From contig OX597825.1 of NCBI GenBank assembly GCA_951406725.2, positions 20,522,001 through 20,586,000 of the forward strand: DNA of 64,000 nt. Direction: 5' to 3'. This DNA comes from Octopus vulgaris (Eukaryota). A program made the translations under genes and the position numbers. The notes beneath the pieces were generated by a model. That model was not told the origin of the DNA, searched no databases, and was given only the letters and a program-made list of their open reading frames with translations. Shown piece by piece: positions 38,441-52,724 of the stretch (positions are counted from its first letter, which is position 1; the number at the start of each line of letters is the position of its first letter).

Positions 38441-39292
38441 TCCAAAACATCTGACACATAGTAATTTTGCTAAATATATATAAACGACAGAGATAATATT
38501 TATTCCCTCCTAAATGTTCTTTTCCCACTTGGATGTTCTTTAAGAACAAACTATACTGCGGTAGTTAGCCCGAGAGAAATTTCATATTGGCTTTTGGTGT
38601 AAAATAAACACTTGTTTATAACACCACCAGGGGAGATGAACCCTACCACCACTAGACCGATAGAATAAGTACTAAGCTTACGAAGAATAAATTCTGGGGT
38701 CGATTTGTTCGATTAAAGGTGGTGCTCCAGCATGGCTCCAGTCAAATGACTGAAACAAATAAAAGAATAAATGAATATATATATATATATATGTTTACAA
38801 GTAACTATGCATGATGTGTATGTATATAAAAATATACATACATACATACACCCATACAAGCGCGCGTAGGCACACATTTTTCTCCTATTTTCTGAATTTT
38901 CAATAGATTCATATCGTGTTTTTTACGAATTAATTATATAGAGACATTTCGTTATAATCTCTTTGACTATTCTCATTTTACCTTACATATAATAACTCAA
39001 CAACTACTGCTGCTGCTAGTACTACTGCTGCTGCTACTGCTGCTGCTGTTGCAGCAAGTACCAGTACAAACCTCTATCATCTCGACCATTGCTGAAGGCA
39101 CCACAATTACCGCCACCACCGTTACAACCACCGACACCATCATCACCACCATCGCCACTACACCTGTAGCCATTAGCAACGGCACAACGTAAACAATAGC
39201 AACAACAGCAACCACAATCACCACCGTTACAAATACAATTAGCACATCTACTACAACCAACACCATAACAACAACAACTACTACGACTACTT

Positions 39293-39328
<36 letters not shown>

Positions 39329-39688
39329 ATATTACTACTGCTACTACTACTACTACATCTACTACAACTACTACTACAAATACCGCTCATAATTACCACA
39401 TTCACTTGTACTACAACCTATACTGCTATCTTTCCCATCATCACACTACTGCATCTAATCTTATCACCACAGCTACTACTATCTCCGCAACTACAAATCT
39501 CACTAGCACAACTACTGCAGCAATTATCAATAGCAACTTCACAACTACGAAATCTATTACCACCTCTACAACAACATCTACTAACATTACCACCACCACT
39601 AACACTACCACCGCAACGTTGCTAACAATACTTAATACCAATACGACTACAACTTTCATTACAATTAATAGTAAGTAGTATCAGTAGT

Positions 39689-39738
<50 letters not shown>

Positions 39739-39833
39739 TAGAAGTAGTAGCAGCAGCAGCAGCAGTGGTAGTAGTAGGAGGAGGAAGAGGAGGGGGAGGA
39801 GAGGCAGAAGTAGTAGTAGCAGCAGCAGCAGTA

Positions 39834-39871
<38 letters not shown>

Positions 39872-39916
39872 TGCTGCTGTCGTTGTTGTCGAGCAACATC
39901 AATAAATAATAAAGCA

Positions 39917-39978
<62 letters not shown>

Positions 39979-40744
39979 CATTATTATTATTATTATTACT
40001 ATTATTATTACTATTATTATTATTATTGTTATTATTACTATTATTATTTTTATTATTATTATTATAATTATCTCTATCATTATTATAATTATTATTATTA
40101 TTATTATTATTATCATTATTATTAACAAGTAATGATGATGGACTGCAACGATGAGAGTAACAACAACAACAACCTCAATGAACATCGAACAGCGAATAAC
40201 AACAGCAACATTGATAAAATTCATACCAACCCCCCAACCTCACACCGCAATAATAACAAGTGGCGTTTCTTCTTTTCCACTCACAAATTACACCATTTTT
40301 CTTTTATTATTTTCTCCATCTTTGATTTTGAAATTCAAATTTTATTTCCTACAATTTTTGCTTATTTTTTTTTTATTTTCATTGTTTTTGTTTTATTTTG
40401 TTTTGTTTTTAATCGATGTTGTTGTTTTGATCTTGCTTTGTTGTTTTTTTTCCAGTACGTTCCTATTCTGTTCTTTTTACTTGAAACAAATATCTCACAA
40501 GACATTTTTCACTAGCAAACTTTTACTCTGTAGTTGCTACACCTGTTATTTCAAGACCGTATCTGCTGCTATTATCTCTCTTTGTCATTTCCCCCGTCCC
40601 GCCCCACCACTCTCACTATCTCTCTCTCTCAAGCTCTTTCTGTATCTATCTATCTATCTCTATCAATTTATCTACCTCTCTGTTACTTTTCCTCTCTTTT
40701 CGCTGTTTCTTGATATAAATATGTATATGTTGGTATACAAATAC

Positions 40745-40788
<44 letters not shown>

Positions 40789-40801
40789 AGATAGATAGAT
40801 T

Positions 40802-40856
<55 letters not shown>

Positions 40857-40943
40857 TGACAGATAGATAGATAGATGATAGATAGATAGATATATGGATG
40901 GATATATTGATAGATAGCTATAGATATGTATGTATATGCTATT

Positions 40944-40988
<45 letters not shown>

Positions 40989-41011
40989 TATAATGTATAT
41001 AAATACACATA

Positions 41012-41060
<49 letters not shown>

Positions 41061-41124
41061 ACATATACCTATACATACATGTATGTACGTATGTATGTGT
41101 ATATATAAGCATATATATTAAATA

Positions 41125-41162
<38 letters not shown>

Positions 41163-41313
41163 GACATACATATTCATGAATGTATTGCATATATAAATAT
41201 TTATATGTGTGTGTGTGTGTTTGTGTGTGTACATGCATGCACATGTATATACATGTATACATATGTATATGTATATATATGTGTGTGTATACATGTATAT
41301 ACATATATAGATA

Positions 41314-41372
<59 letters not shown>

Positions 41373-42127
41373 ATATATGTGTGTGTGTGTCTATGTGTGT
41401 ATACATGTAAATATATATGCACAGGTATATGTGTCTGTGTGTTTGTGTGTGTGTGTGTGTGCGTGTATGCACACACACGTATATAAGACTCGCTCTTTTT
41501 CCCCAATTCCACTTATTGCATAAATACACATTACTTAATTTTAAAAGTTGTTGATTTAGCTATGGTTATTAGCGTTTTCTTTTAATAAATTTTTTTCTCT
41601 ATGCATTTCTTGTAGCAGATTTTTTTAAAGTTCTTGATAGCATTTAGTTTGCGGTTTTTGTAGCTTTCGCAATTATTTTTTCTTATTGGATGGTGAAAAT
41701 GAAGAATAGGATATGAGGACGGTGGTGATGGCGCGGCGGTGGTGGTGGTGGTTGTAATGGTGGTGGTGGTTGTGGTTGTGATGGTGGTGGTGGTGGTTGT
41801 GAGGGTGAGGGTGGTGGTGGTGGTGGTCGTTGTCGTCGTCGTCGTTGTGGTGGTCGTGGTGGTGGTTGTGGTCGTGGTCGTGGTCGTGTCGTCGTCGTCG
41901 TCGTGGTGGTGGTGGTGGTGGTGGTGGCGATGGTGGTGGTTTCCATTGTTACTGGTTGCATTGTAATTTATTTTTCTCGATTTCTTTTCTTCTTTAATAT
42001 TATGTGTTCGAAAATGTCACAAAGCTAAAACATACAGCTTCGACTTTCCAACCAACCGACCTACCTGCCTGCCTTCCAGAGCCTACCTACTACCAACTCT
42101 ACCTATATATCTACACATGTGTGTATG

Positions 42128-42165
<38 letters not shown>

Positions 42166-42304
42166 CTTTTGTCTGTCTACCTGCCTACCTACTTACCTAT
42201 CGTTAAAGTTCTTCAATTTAATTCGAAATTATATCAATTACTGATTTTTATGTGTGTGAATATATATATACACACATATGTATGTGTGCGAGTGCGTCTA
42301 TGTA

Positions 42305-42342
<38 letters not shown>

Positions 42343-42393
42343 GGTGTATGTGTGTATATCATATACATATGTATAAGTATGTCCACTTATATT

Positions 42394-42431
<38 letters not shown>

Positions 42432-42444
42432 TGCATACATATAC

Positions 42445-42521
<77 letters not shown>

Positions 42522-42804
42522 TATATGTGTACGTATGCACGTTTTATATGTGAGTTTTATATGTGAGTGGAATGGCTTATAATTTTCATATCATGTCTAT
42601 TGATGAGGATGTGGAAGAGGAGGAGGAGGAAGTGGACGACGACATCGACGACGACTACAACGAAAACCACCTCATTTGCGGCGGCGGAGAGGCGGCGGCG
42701 GTGGCGACGTCAGTATCAATGCAAGAGATGACGTTCGTCGTTTCATCTTTGGAGTAACAAGAAAAAAATCCCCAAACAACAAATACACGTATATACACAC
42801 ATAT

Positions 42805-42859
<55 letters not shown>

Positions 42860-42881
42860 AGTGTGTATGTATGCATGCATC

Positions 42882-42933
<52 letters not shown>

Positions 42934-42968
42934 CAAATATATATATATGGATGGATGGATGGATGGAC

Positions 42969-43039
<71 letters not shown>

Positions 43040-43498
43040 AAGATATATTGAATTTCATGAATTCTATGATAATAATAGAAATTGGTGGTTCGTGGTGAAG
43101 AATCTTTTTTAGAAATTGCAGCTTGACAACTTGTATGTGAATTGTGAATTTTAATTAGTGAAAGATCTTAGAAATAATTTATTTAATGATTCATAGAATA
43201 TCCAAACTACTTGAGATTTTTCAATAAGTTATGATTCACTGAAACCGCCGCCTATACACTCGCACATCAACACGCATATATATATATATATATATAGATA
43301 CATAGGCATATATTGTTTGTTAAATGGTTTGTGTGCTTTGCGTTTTTCTTATGTTGTTTTTCTGGTTGCAGGGATATTCTTTGAGAATATCGTGTGTTTG
43401 TGTGTGCGCACGCGCGATGATATGCACATGTGTGTGTGCATTTCGTGTGAGAGATGTAACGTCTGTTATAAATGGGGTTTTCACTATGCGTCCCAATA

Positions 43499-43548
<50 letters not shown>

Positions 43549-43676
43549 TACATGTATATATATAAATATATAGATACATGTATGTGCATATATATATATA
43601 TATACGCATATACATATACGTATGTACATACATACATGCATATATGAATCTATATATACGTATATATATTTATATA

Positions 43677-44101
43677 AATGGGACAAGAATGCAAAACATC
43701 CAGACAGAGGATACAAGAAAGGGACAAGAAAAAACAAGGACGGGTTATTAGGAGTTTTCTTTCCTCAGTCGAGTTCTAGGTTATCTTTGCAATTTCGGCT
43801 GGTTATACTCGAGATTGCTCCAATCTGGCCAACCCCAAGGAAAAGCTCAGATAAGAGCACTATATTCCTTGGAAGAAAGCAGCGAATGTATGCGAAATCA
43901 AGGACAAGCCATCTAGTGGTCTTAGCTTAATTTTTTTCCTTGGTGCTGGCCAGATTGGAGCAATCTCGTGTATAACCAGCCGAAATTGAAAAGATAATCT
44001 GGAATTCGGCTGAGGAAAGAAAACTCCGAATGACCCACTCTTGTTTTTCTTGTCCTTTTCTTGTATCATCTCTCTGGATTGTTTTGCGTTCTTTTCTCAT
44101 T
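43677..44101. mobile_element. Fold-back (inverted duplication) of the 3825-4312 family element
   Basis: ~185-bp arms (43677-43863 versus 43913-44101) in inverted orientation, e.g. GAGATTGCTCCAATCTGGCCA / TGGCCAGATTGGAGCAATCTC; (TA)n flanks. Confidence 0.88.
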
Positions 44102-44151
44102 GTAGTATTCCTTTTTATACACATATAGTGGCGTATGTACACTTTGGTCTC

Positions 44152-44202
<51 letters not shown>

Positions 44203-44538
44203 TATTGTGTCTGGGGAAAGCCATTCTCTTTTTTAGTGCGTTATTTTTTAAAGCACCGATTCGATTTCCACTCATTTAGTTATTATTTAGAAAAAATAAA
44301 TAACTAAAAGAGTATAAATCGAACCGGTGAGTGTGTTGAATAATTAGGTACAAAAAGAGAATAAAATATGCTTCAGCACACGAATTTACATAAAGAATCC
44401 TGCAAACAAAATACAAAAAATGAAATATATATATATATGTATAATATGTATAATATATATATATATATGTATGTATGTATGTGTATATGTATATATACAT
44501 ATACATGCATGTACATAATAAACATCATATATATACAC

Positions 44539-44587
<49 letters not shown>

Positions 44588-44589
44588 CT

Positions 44590-44980
44590 TTTATTCTTTT
44601 ATTTGTTTCAGTCATGTGACTGCGGCCGTGCTGGTGCACCGACTTTAGTCGAACAAATCGATCCCAGGCCTTATTCTTCGTAAAGCTAGCACTTACTCTA
44701 TCGGTCTTTTTTGCCGAACCGCTAATTTACGGGAACGCAAATGCACATGTAAACACACCGACGTAAACATCGATTGTCAAGCGATGGTGGTGGGACAAAC
44801 ACATACCCACAAACATATACTTATATGTGTGTGTGTGTTTGTGTGTGTGTGTGTATGCATGTGTGTGTGTGTGTATGACGCCAAAAGCTTGGCGATACCT
44901 GCTCAGGAGCCTACACAAAGTTTTCAAAAAGTTTTTTTCTTTCAGTTTCCGTTTACCAAATCCTCTCATAAGGCCTTAGT
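44590..44980 (-). mobile_element. Family C SINE, headless
   Basis: 3' module, (TG)n linker and TTTCAGTTTCCGTTTACCAAATCC. Confidence 0.8.
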
Positions 44981-45557
44981 AAGGGCGTGTATATGTAAAA
45001 AGGCAGTCCAATATCTCTAGTTGGGATACGGTTAAAAGTTCAGACGCCATGATGTATTCTTTCAATGTACAGTCATTTTCTCAATTTCAAACCTAAATAA
45101 AAGTCTATCACCTAACTTTTTACAGCAATTAGAAGCCAGGAAAAAATCTCCGGCGCTAATGGTTATTCATGAGACAGAAATTATCACAATAAACCAAACA
45201 ATTATGCAACATATTCTGTAAAATTAAATGAAACTAGTCATAGATATATTAGCCTTCAAATCTAGACGTCTTTGAAAACTCTATGTACAAGATATGAAGT
45301 AAAGAGAATTTAAATTTTCAAATCGGTGTTAGATGAAAACATTCATTCTTTATTTAAAATGATTGTGATATAGATGCGCAAATGCTTTAGTGAAGAACTG
45401 ATGAATAAATAAAAAGAAAAGCTAAAGAGTATCATTTTATAATAGAATTTATTTAACGACTGCAATATTTGTGTTTTATTTGAAAACAGCTATTAACGAA
45501 GAGATAACGAAGGAATGTATAAAATATAAATGACAAATACACACACATACATTATAC

Positions 45558-45647
<90 letters not shown>

Positions 45648-46017
45648 ACAGATTTATGTTTACGTAAACTCGTTAAGAATAAGCATTAGTCGTTTAAGAT
45701 TTATAGGCGTTAAACTGAAACTATGATTATAGACAAAATCCGGAGACGCGCAGATATGAGAATACAGAATATACACGAAACTTAGTATATTCCTTGATAT
45801 ACATGTTCTACAAAATATGGTACTACATACCGATGCATTCATACACTTACACTGTAAGTGTATTCATACACTTTGAATAAATTTACAGTGTATTTAAATA
45901 TTCATGTAATGGTAGCACATCTGTGATGTTCACAAAGGATGTAGGTTCGGTATGAGGACAGCCTTCGACATTTTTTTCCAATCCAAAGGACGTGAGCCTA
46001 ATCCAATATTCTATATG

Positions 46018-46220
46018 TTATTACCTCTGCCTTAGCAAAGGCGGAGGTATTGTTTCCAATCGTGTATGTTTGCTTGTTTGTTTGTTTGTTTGGCCGTGCA
46101 CAAATATCTCAAGAACCGCGGATGGATTCGAATGAAACTTTAAGGGCTGTTCGGCCTCATGACTGGCACGACGTGATTAGATTTTGGGATCGATCCGCTA
46201 CCGAACAAGGATTCGGGAAG
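46018..46220 (+). mobile_element. Helentron-associated non-autonomous element (HINE/DINE-1-like), 5' part
   Basis: TTATT ACCTCTGCC TTAGCAAA GGCGGAGGT subterminal palindrome, (GTTT)n microsatellite, then core ATCTCAAGAACCGCGGATGGATTCGAATGAAACTT. Confidence 0.75.
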
Positions 46221-46234
46221 TGAAAAAAACTTAT

Positions 46235-46750
46235 TTTATTTCTTTCAGTTATTTGAGTGCGGCCATGCTAGAGCACCGCTATTATTCGAGCTAATCGACC
46301 CCAGGACATATTCTTTGTAAGTCTAGTACTTATTCTATGGGCTTCTTTTGCCGAACCGCTCAGTTACGGGGACGTAAACACACAGACATCAGTTGTCAGG
46401 CGATGCTGGAGGGACAAACACAGATACACAAACATACACACACACAATATATATATATATATATATATACGACGGGCTTCTTTCAGTTTCCGTCTACCAA
46501 ATCCACTCAGAAGGCTTTGGTTGGCCCGAGGCTGTAGTAGAAGACGCTTGCCCACTGTATTTGTCCACCCACCTTCGCTTGACAGCCGATGCCGATGTGT
46601 TTACGTCCCCGTAAATTAGTGGTTCGACCAAATAGACCGGTAGAATAAGTATGAGCTTACGAAGAATAAGTCTTGGGGTCAATTTGTTCGACTAAAGGCG
46701 GTGTTCCAGCATGGCTGCAGTCAAATGACTAGAACAAGTAAAAGAATAAA
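46235..46750. mobile_element. Two family C SINE pieces in inverted orientation (46235-46555 on -, 46560-46750 on +)
   Basis: TTACGGGGACGTAAACAC (~46364) versus GTGTTTACGTCCCCGTAA (~46597). Confidence 0.85.
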
Positions 46751-46753
46751 AGA

Positions 46754-46789
<36 letters not shown>

Positions 46790-47124
46790 ATACAGTGTAC
46801 ATTAAAACACATTAAGAGGCTTCCATCATAGGAATTCTTTATGCTAGAAAGAACAGTTAAAGTCCAAGCCACTAATTAGGGATAAATTCTCGAAGGGAAT
46901 GAAAAATAAAAATATTTACCATATAATTCCTGAACCATGGTTTCTGACTTATTTTAGTAAATAAAAATTATTATTTACCAGGCGAAGTCTTCATCAACAG
47001 GGACGCCAAAGATTAAATATATAAGCAACGAGGCCAATCCAGCATATCTCATTGCTTGTACATTTTAATTTCTTTCAAATCCACTGCGCAAGCGCAGTCT
47101 TTTTTGTCGGCAGCAAGAAGATGC

Positions 47125-47174
<50 letters not shown>

Positions 47175-47374
47175 GGTGGTGGTTGTCTACTCCTTATGCA
47201 GAGTTTGACCTCCTCCTGTACCTACTCCTTATAACCACCATGGCATCTAATGTGGCTTTTTAAACTAGACAATGTTTTCAAAAGACATCCACATAGATTG
47301 CATATCCGATTTGGACTTCCAAGAGCTGCAGATTAATTCTGATCTTTGAGGATCTTAAAATGTCTTTTATCTTT

Positions 47375-47705
47375 TATCTTTTACTTGTTTCGGTCATCAT
47401 TTGACTGTGGTCATGCTGGGGCATCGGTCTGAAAGGTTTTTAATCGAAGAAATCTACCCCAGGACTTATTTTATTTTAAGCCTACTATTCTTTTCTACTT
47501 CAGGCACAACGCCTGAAATTTCGGGGGAAGGAACCAGTCGATTAGATTGACCCCAGTACGCAACTGGTTTAATTCATCGATCCCGAAGGAAGAAAGACAA
47601 AGTCGACCTCAGCGGAATTTGAACTCAGAACGTAAAAACAGACGAAATACCGCTAAACATTTTGGCCGAAACGCTAGCGTTTCTGCCAGTTCGCCACCTT
47701 TTTAA
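47375..47705 (-). mobile_element. Family A SINE (older tail, ~47490-47700) nested in a family C 3' module
   Basis: AAAGTCGACCTCAGCGGAATTTGAACTCAGAACG; direct repeat TTTTAAGCCT(A/C)CTATT on both flanks. Confidence 0.8.
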
Positions 47706-48069
47706 GCCTCCTATTAATTCTATCATTCCCTTTTTCTGCGCAATAGATACAAGCCCTGAATGTCGAGTCCGAATTTAGCCTTTTAGTCGTGTCCTGTAGT
47801 TGTATAAAACAGCTACCATCTTATATTGCTATGGCATGGTGATTTTTTGTGTCTTATACATACTACTCTGTTAATACAACACATTTAAATGGATGTTGTG
47901 AAAATTTCGAAAGCAAGTAATCAATTTTTATTCACTTGAGACTTTCCAGCAATTTTGAACTGTAGTTATTTATAACAGTTATGCACTTCAAATAGTTGAA
48001 AATTAACATCTTTTCTTCAATCATTTCTTTTGACATTTTGGCCAGAAAGTCCAGGTCAGTCAACAAAAT

Positions 48070-48450
48070 ACCTTGGGCAAGTGTCTTCTGCTATATTTCT
48101 GGGCACATCAATGCTTTGTAACTGAATTTTGTAGGTCGCATAATGTGTGGAAACCAGTTATACATGTGTGTGTGCGTGTGTGTATGTGTGTACATATATG
48201 TATACATACATATATATATGTGTGTGCGCGTATCTGTCAGTTTCTGAGTGTATCTTTGTGTCTGTGTTTGTTCCCAATTGCCACCATTTGACAACCGGTG
48301 CTGGTTGCTGTACGTCCTCATAACTAGCGGCTCGACCAAAGCGACCGATAGTATACTAGTATAGGAGCCACACTTAAAAAATGAAAACATATACTGGAAT
48401 CGATTTGTTTGACTAAAATCACTCAAGGCGGTGCTACAGCATAGCCACAA
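48070..48450 (+). mobile_element. Diverged family C SINE
   Basis: CCTTGGGCAAGTGTCTTCTGCTATA...(TG)n...GGCGGTGCTACAGCATAGCCAC. Confidence 0.75.
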
Positions 48451-49049
48451 TTATATATATGCATACATAAACGCATACATATACACACATGTCCACCTAC
48501 ATGGAGGACGACCAGAGTCCGAATAAGATTATTTCTTAAAATCAAGAGTCCAAGAATTCCTGTGCGTGAGTTTGTTTTGAGTAAGTAAAATATTGCACGA
48601 CACGTAACCCCCTTTTCAGTGAAAAACAGCTATAAAACCAGTTTGAGACGACTAGAAACCAGCTGCACTGGAAGATCTGGGTTTTTTTTAATACGAGTAT
48701 AACTTCTCCAGAACTAGGAGCCTTTTATTCCCAGCTGTAAATATACTCAATAGTACGTGGCTGGGCTCTAACAACTGTTATTACTTCGATTTAGAGTAGC
48801 CTGAAGGATAAATAGTGGCTAAGAGGGGATTCCGCTCTCAGCAAAACCTCGAAGCTCCCACACCAGGGCATCACTATTGGATGCAATTAAAAGGCATACT
48901 CGCCACATACAAACATAATGCTTAGATACAGTATGCATACATACAGAGTCCATACATACATACATACATACATACATACATACATACATACATACATACA
49001 TACATACATACATACATACATACATACATACATACATACATACATACAT

Positions 49050-49390
49050 AGAAAGCGAGTTCGAAGACTTCAGATCCAATCCATCACTGGAACTATAAAA
49101 ATCTGTAAAACTTTCCAGTAGCTTATCATTTAAATATATATGAGCGTGTCTAGATATGCAACTATATGCATGGGAATTCATACATACATAAAGCAAAACA
49201 TACAAATCTGCACATATACATACATACATACATACATACATACATACATACATACATACATACATACATACATACATACAAAAATGCCCTGTTGTTGATG
49301 TTGATTCCAATGAAGGAGTCTTGGATCTAGGTTAGAAACCGGCTCTTTCTATATAGGCAAGAAATTTTGAAATAAAACTGAACAATGACA
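49050..49390 (+). mobile_element. Probable extreme 3' end of an RLE-type LINE embedded in (CATA)n
   Basis: Short terminal peptide KRVRRLQIQSITGTIKICKTFQ* resembles RLE LINE C-termini (compare ALVGTARILRRVL); (CATA)n before, within and after. Confidence 0.45.
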
Positions 49391-49434
49391 TACATACATA
49401 CATACATACACACATACATACATACATATATACA

Positions 49435-49468
<34 letters not shown>

Positions 49469-50064
49469 CATACATACATACATACATACACACATACATA
49501 CATACATACATACATAACACATACATATATACATACATACATACTATGGCATACATACATACATATACAATACATACAACATACATACATACATACATAC
49601 ATACATACAGGCATACATACATACATACATACATACATACATACACACACACACTTGGGTGTATGCATCGACAGTTCACCAAACATACCAATTGAACCGC
49701 ATATATACAAACACTGAGAACTCCTTTAACTCAAAGAACCTTGCTGCATTATTTGCACCCGGCTTGGGCTCTTTCAAAAAGAAGTTAGATTAAACTTTAA
49801 GAAAAATCATGCATACATACAGGGGGAGAGAATGCAAATGCTCTATCGTATGCTACGACTGGTCACGATATCTTGGACAATAAAAGTGTGCAAAACCTTC
49901 TTAAGATTTAAAGGATGAGGTTAAGAGAAAATACTTTCCTTCACAACCTTACTACCAAGTAGATGGTCAGTCAAAATTTATTCTAAAATTAAAGAGAGAA
50001 AACACGCATACATACATACATACATACATACATACATACATACATACATACATACATACATACA

Positions 50065-50096
<32 letters not shown>

Positions 50097-50589
50097 CGCA
50101 TGCACCATGCATCCATAGGAATATGTTAATAAAGGAAATGAATTTTTGGAATAATTTCACAAGAATTCAAAGCCGACCTATAAAAGTTATATTAGTTAAT
50201 ACTTTGTATTTCTTTCATTATATTCCACTGTTTCTGGAGGATTTCCAAATTACAAATTAAAATCTTTCCTGAACGAGGTACTTAGAGGAAGCACTTGATA
50301 GGCGTTTCAGTCAAATGTAGATAATGTGCATTCAAGCTTATTCTGAACTCTGACATATTTTTGGCATGTGATAAAATTAATTTTACTTTTGCATGTTCGT
50401 GCATTAATGTACTGGTAACTCTTAGTACGTGTGAACATAACAGTTAGATGTAATAATAATAATTAATCAGCTATGACGTACAAGACACTGAAGATATGCA
50501 ACCGTTTAAGATTATTAGAAAACCTTTGGAGAAGTGAAAATAGGGGAAGCTTTTAGAGTGGAAATAAATTTGTGTACAAGACAGCGAAC

Positions 50590-51337
50590 TCCCATAATCG
50601 TTAACAAGCTGGATAAAATGCTTAATGGTATTTCCTCCAGTTTTGCGTTCTAAGTTCAAATCCGCCGAGGTCGACTTTGCCTTTCATCTTTTCGGGGTCG
50701 ATTAAATAAGTATCAGTTACGCACTGGGGTCGATGTAATCGACTTAATACCTATGTCTGTCCTTGTTTGTCCCCTCTATGTTTAACCCCTTGTGGGTAGT
50801 AAAGAAATAGGTATTTCCTCCAGCTTTGCATTCTAAGTTTAAATTCTGCTGAGGTCGACTTTGCCTTTCATCTTTTCGGGGTCGATGAAATATGCACCAG
50901 GGAAACACTGGGGTCAATGTAATCGACTAGTCCCCTTCCTCGAAATTTCAGGCCTTGAGCCTATACTAGAAAGGATCATTATTATTATTGAATCGGCGAA
51001 TTGCACACCGAACGAAATGCTAAGCAGTATTTCGTCTGTCGCTACGTTCTGAGTTCAAATTCTGCCGAGGTCGACTTTGCCTTTTATCCTTTCGGGAACG
51101 ATAAAATAAGTACCAGTTACGCACTGAGGTCGATATAATCGACTTAATCCGTTTGTCTGTCCTTGTTTGTCCTCTTTGTGTTTAGCTCCTTGTGGATAGT
51201 AAAGAAATAAGTATTTCGTCTGTCGCTACGCTCTGAGTTCAAATTCCGCCGAGGTCGACTTAGCCTTTTATCCTTTCGGTATCGATAAAATAAGTACCAG
51301 TAAAGCAGTGGGATTGATATAATCGACTAGTCCCCCA
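50590..51337 (+). mobile_element. Two older family A SINEs, each with an internal duplication that adds the young tail
   Basis: GGTATTTCCTCCAG at 50627 and 50810; AGTATTTCGTCTGTCGCTACG at 51026 and 51210. Each second copy directly follows GTAAAGAAATA. Confidence 0.9.
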
Positions 51338-52060
51338 GCTTGAAAAACCCTGTGGAGAACTCTTGCAGTTTCGAGCAATGCTGAGGATTTTAGGTGTTCA
51401 ACCTTGCACCCATCTTTCTCAGCCATGTTGGTAGTTAAGTGCTGATACTTCCAAGTGTGCCAATTACTACTGGTATCACGTTCACTCTCTTCATTGCCCA
51501 CAACCTTTGTATTTCCCACTTCAAATCATCATAGTCGTTCTGGTTTTCTTCTTTCTCTTTGATCCTGTTGTCACCAGGACATGCCATCTCGATTATCATA
51601 CAAGTATTCTTTTTCTGTTTTGTCCACTACAACAATGTCAAGTTTCCGATGTCTGGTCTGATGGTCGCACTGAATCATTGCATCCCACACAGGTTTTGGC
51701 AATCTTCATTCTCAGTTACTCCTGAGAATTTGGTCCTACCACATTTATATGCCGTGATTTCTAGAGATCTCTCAATGGACCATTCTTACCACATTGTCAT
51801 CTCTTTTGTCATCGTGTTGTACCAATTTCGGACATTCGCTAAGAATGTGCCATACCATTTCACCCCTTTCACCACACATTCTGCATTTGTCGCTCTCATT
51901 TTTGTTTTAATTCTGCATCTTCACACAGTTCGTCCATAATGCTTGATCTTGTGCCGCGCATAAAAGCGCTTCTGTCTCTATTTTCAGGTCACTCCTCCGC
52001 ATCCATAGCTTCCAATCTTGTGTATCTGTTTTGGCGTTCGTATCTCTTGCAAACTGACCC
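51337..52060 (-). pseudogene. R4/Dong-clade LINE 3' fragment (CCHC zinc knuckle plus RLE)
   Basis: GQFARDT..WMRRSDLKIETEALLCAAQDQAL..DKCRMCGERGEMVWHILSECPKL..IVVVDK..ACPGDNRIKEKE..ALLETARVLHRV; paralogous to 24900-25260. Confidence 0.9.
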
Positions 52061-52679
52061 TTTATTTTTTTATTCCATGCTTCCTTCTTTCTTTCTTTCT
52101 TTCTTTCTTTTTCTTTCTTTCTTTCTTTCTTTCTTTTTCTTTCTTTCTTTCTTTTTGTCTTTCTTTTTTTATTTCTTCCTTTCTTTTCTTTCTTTCTTCC
52201 TTTCTTTCTTTCTTTCTTTCTTGGTTCTTTTCATCTTTATTCGCTCCACGTAAAGCTTCATGCACACCCGCAAGGATCATTGTGGTTGTGGGTTCCCAAT
52301 TCAACCCCAGATACTCGACGTTGTGCAAGAGTACACTAGTGCTTACATATGCATGTATGTGTGTATATATGTACATGTACATATATACTCATATACATGT
52401 GTATAAATATGTAATTATGAACAAATATCTAAATATATGTGTGTGTGTATGTATTTATACATCTTTATAAATATGTATGTCTTATGTACATACAAGTATA
52501 CGTTTATATATAAACACACGCATACGTACACACACATGAAGTACGAGAAAGAAACAGAAAAACAAACATAATACCTATTTATCAATATGTATGTTAATAT
52601 GTATATATATATATATGTGTGTGTATGTGTGTATGTATATATATATACATATATGTATATATATATGTGTATGTATATA

Positions 52680-52724
<45 letters not shown>

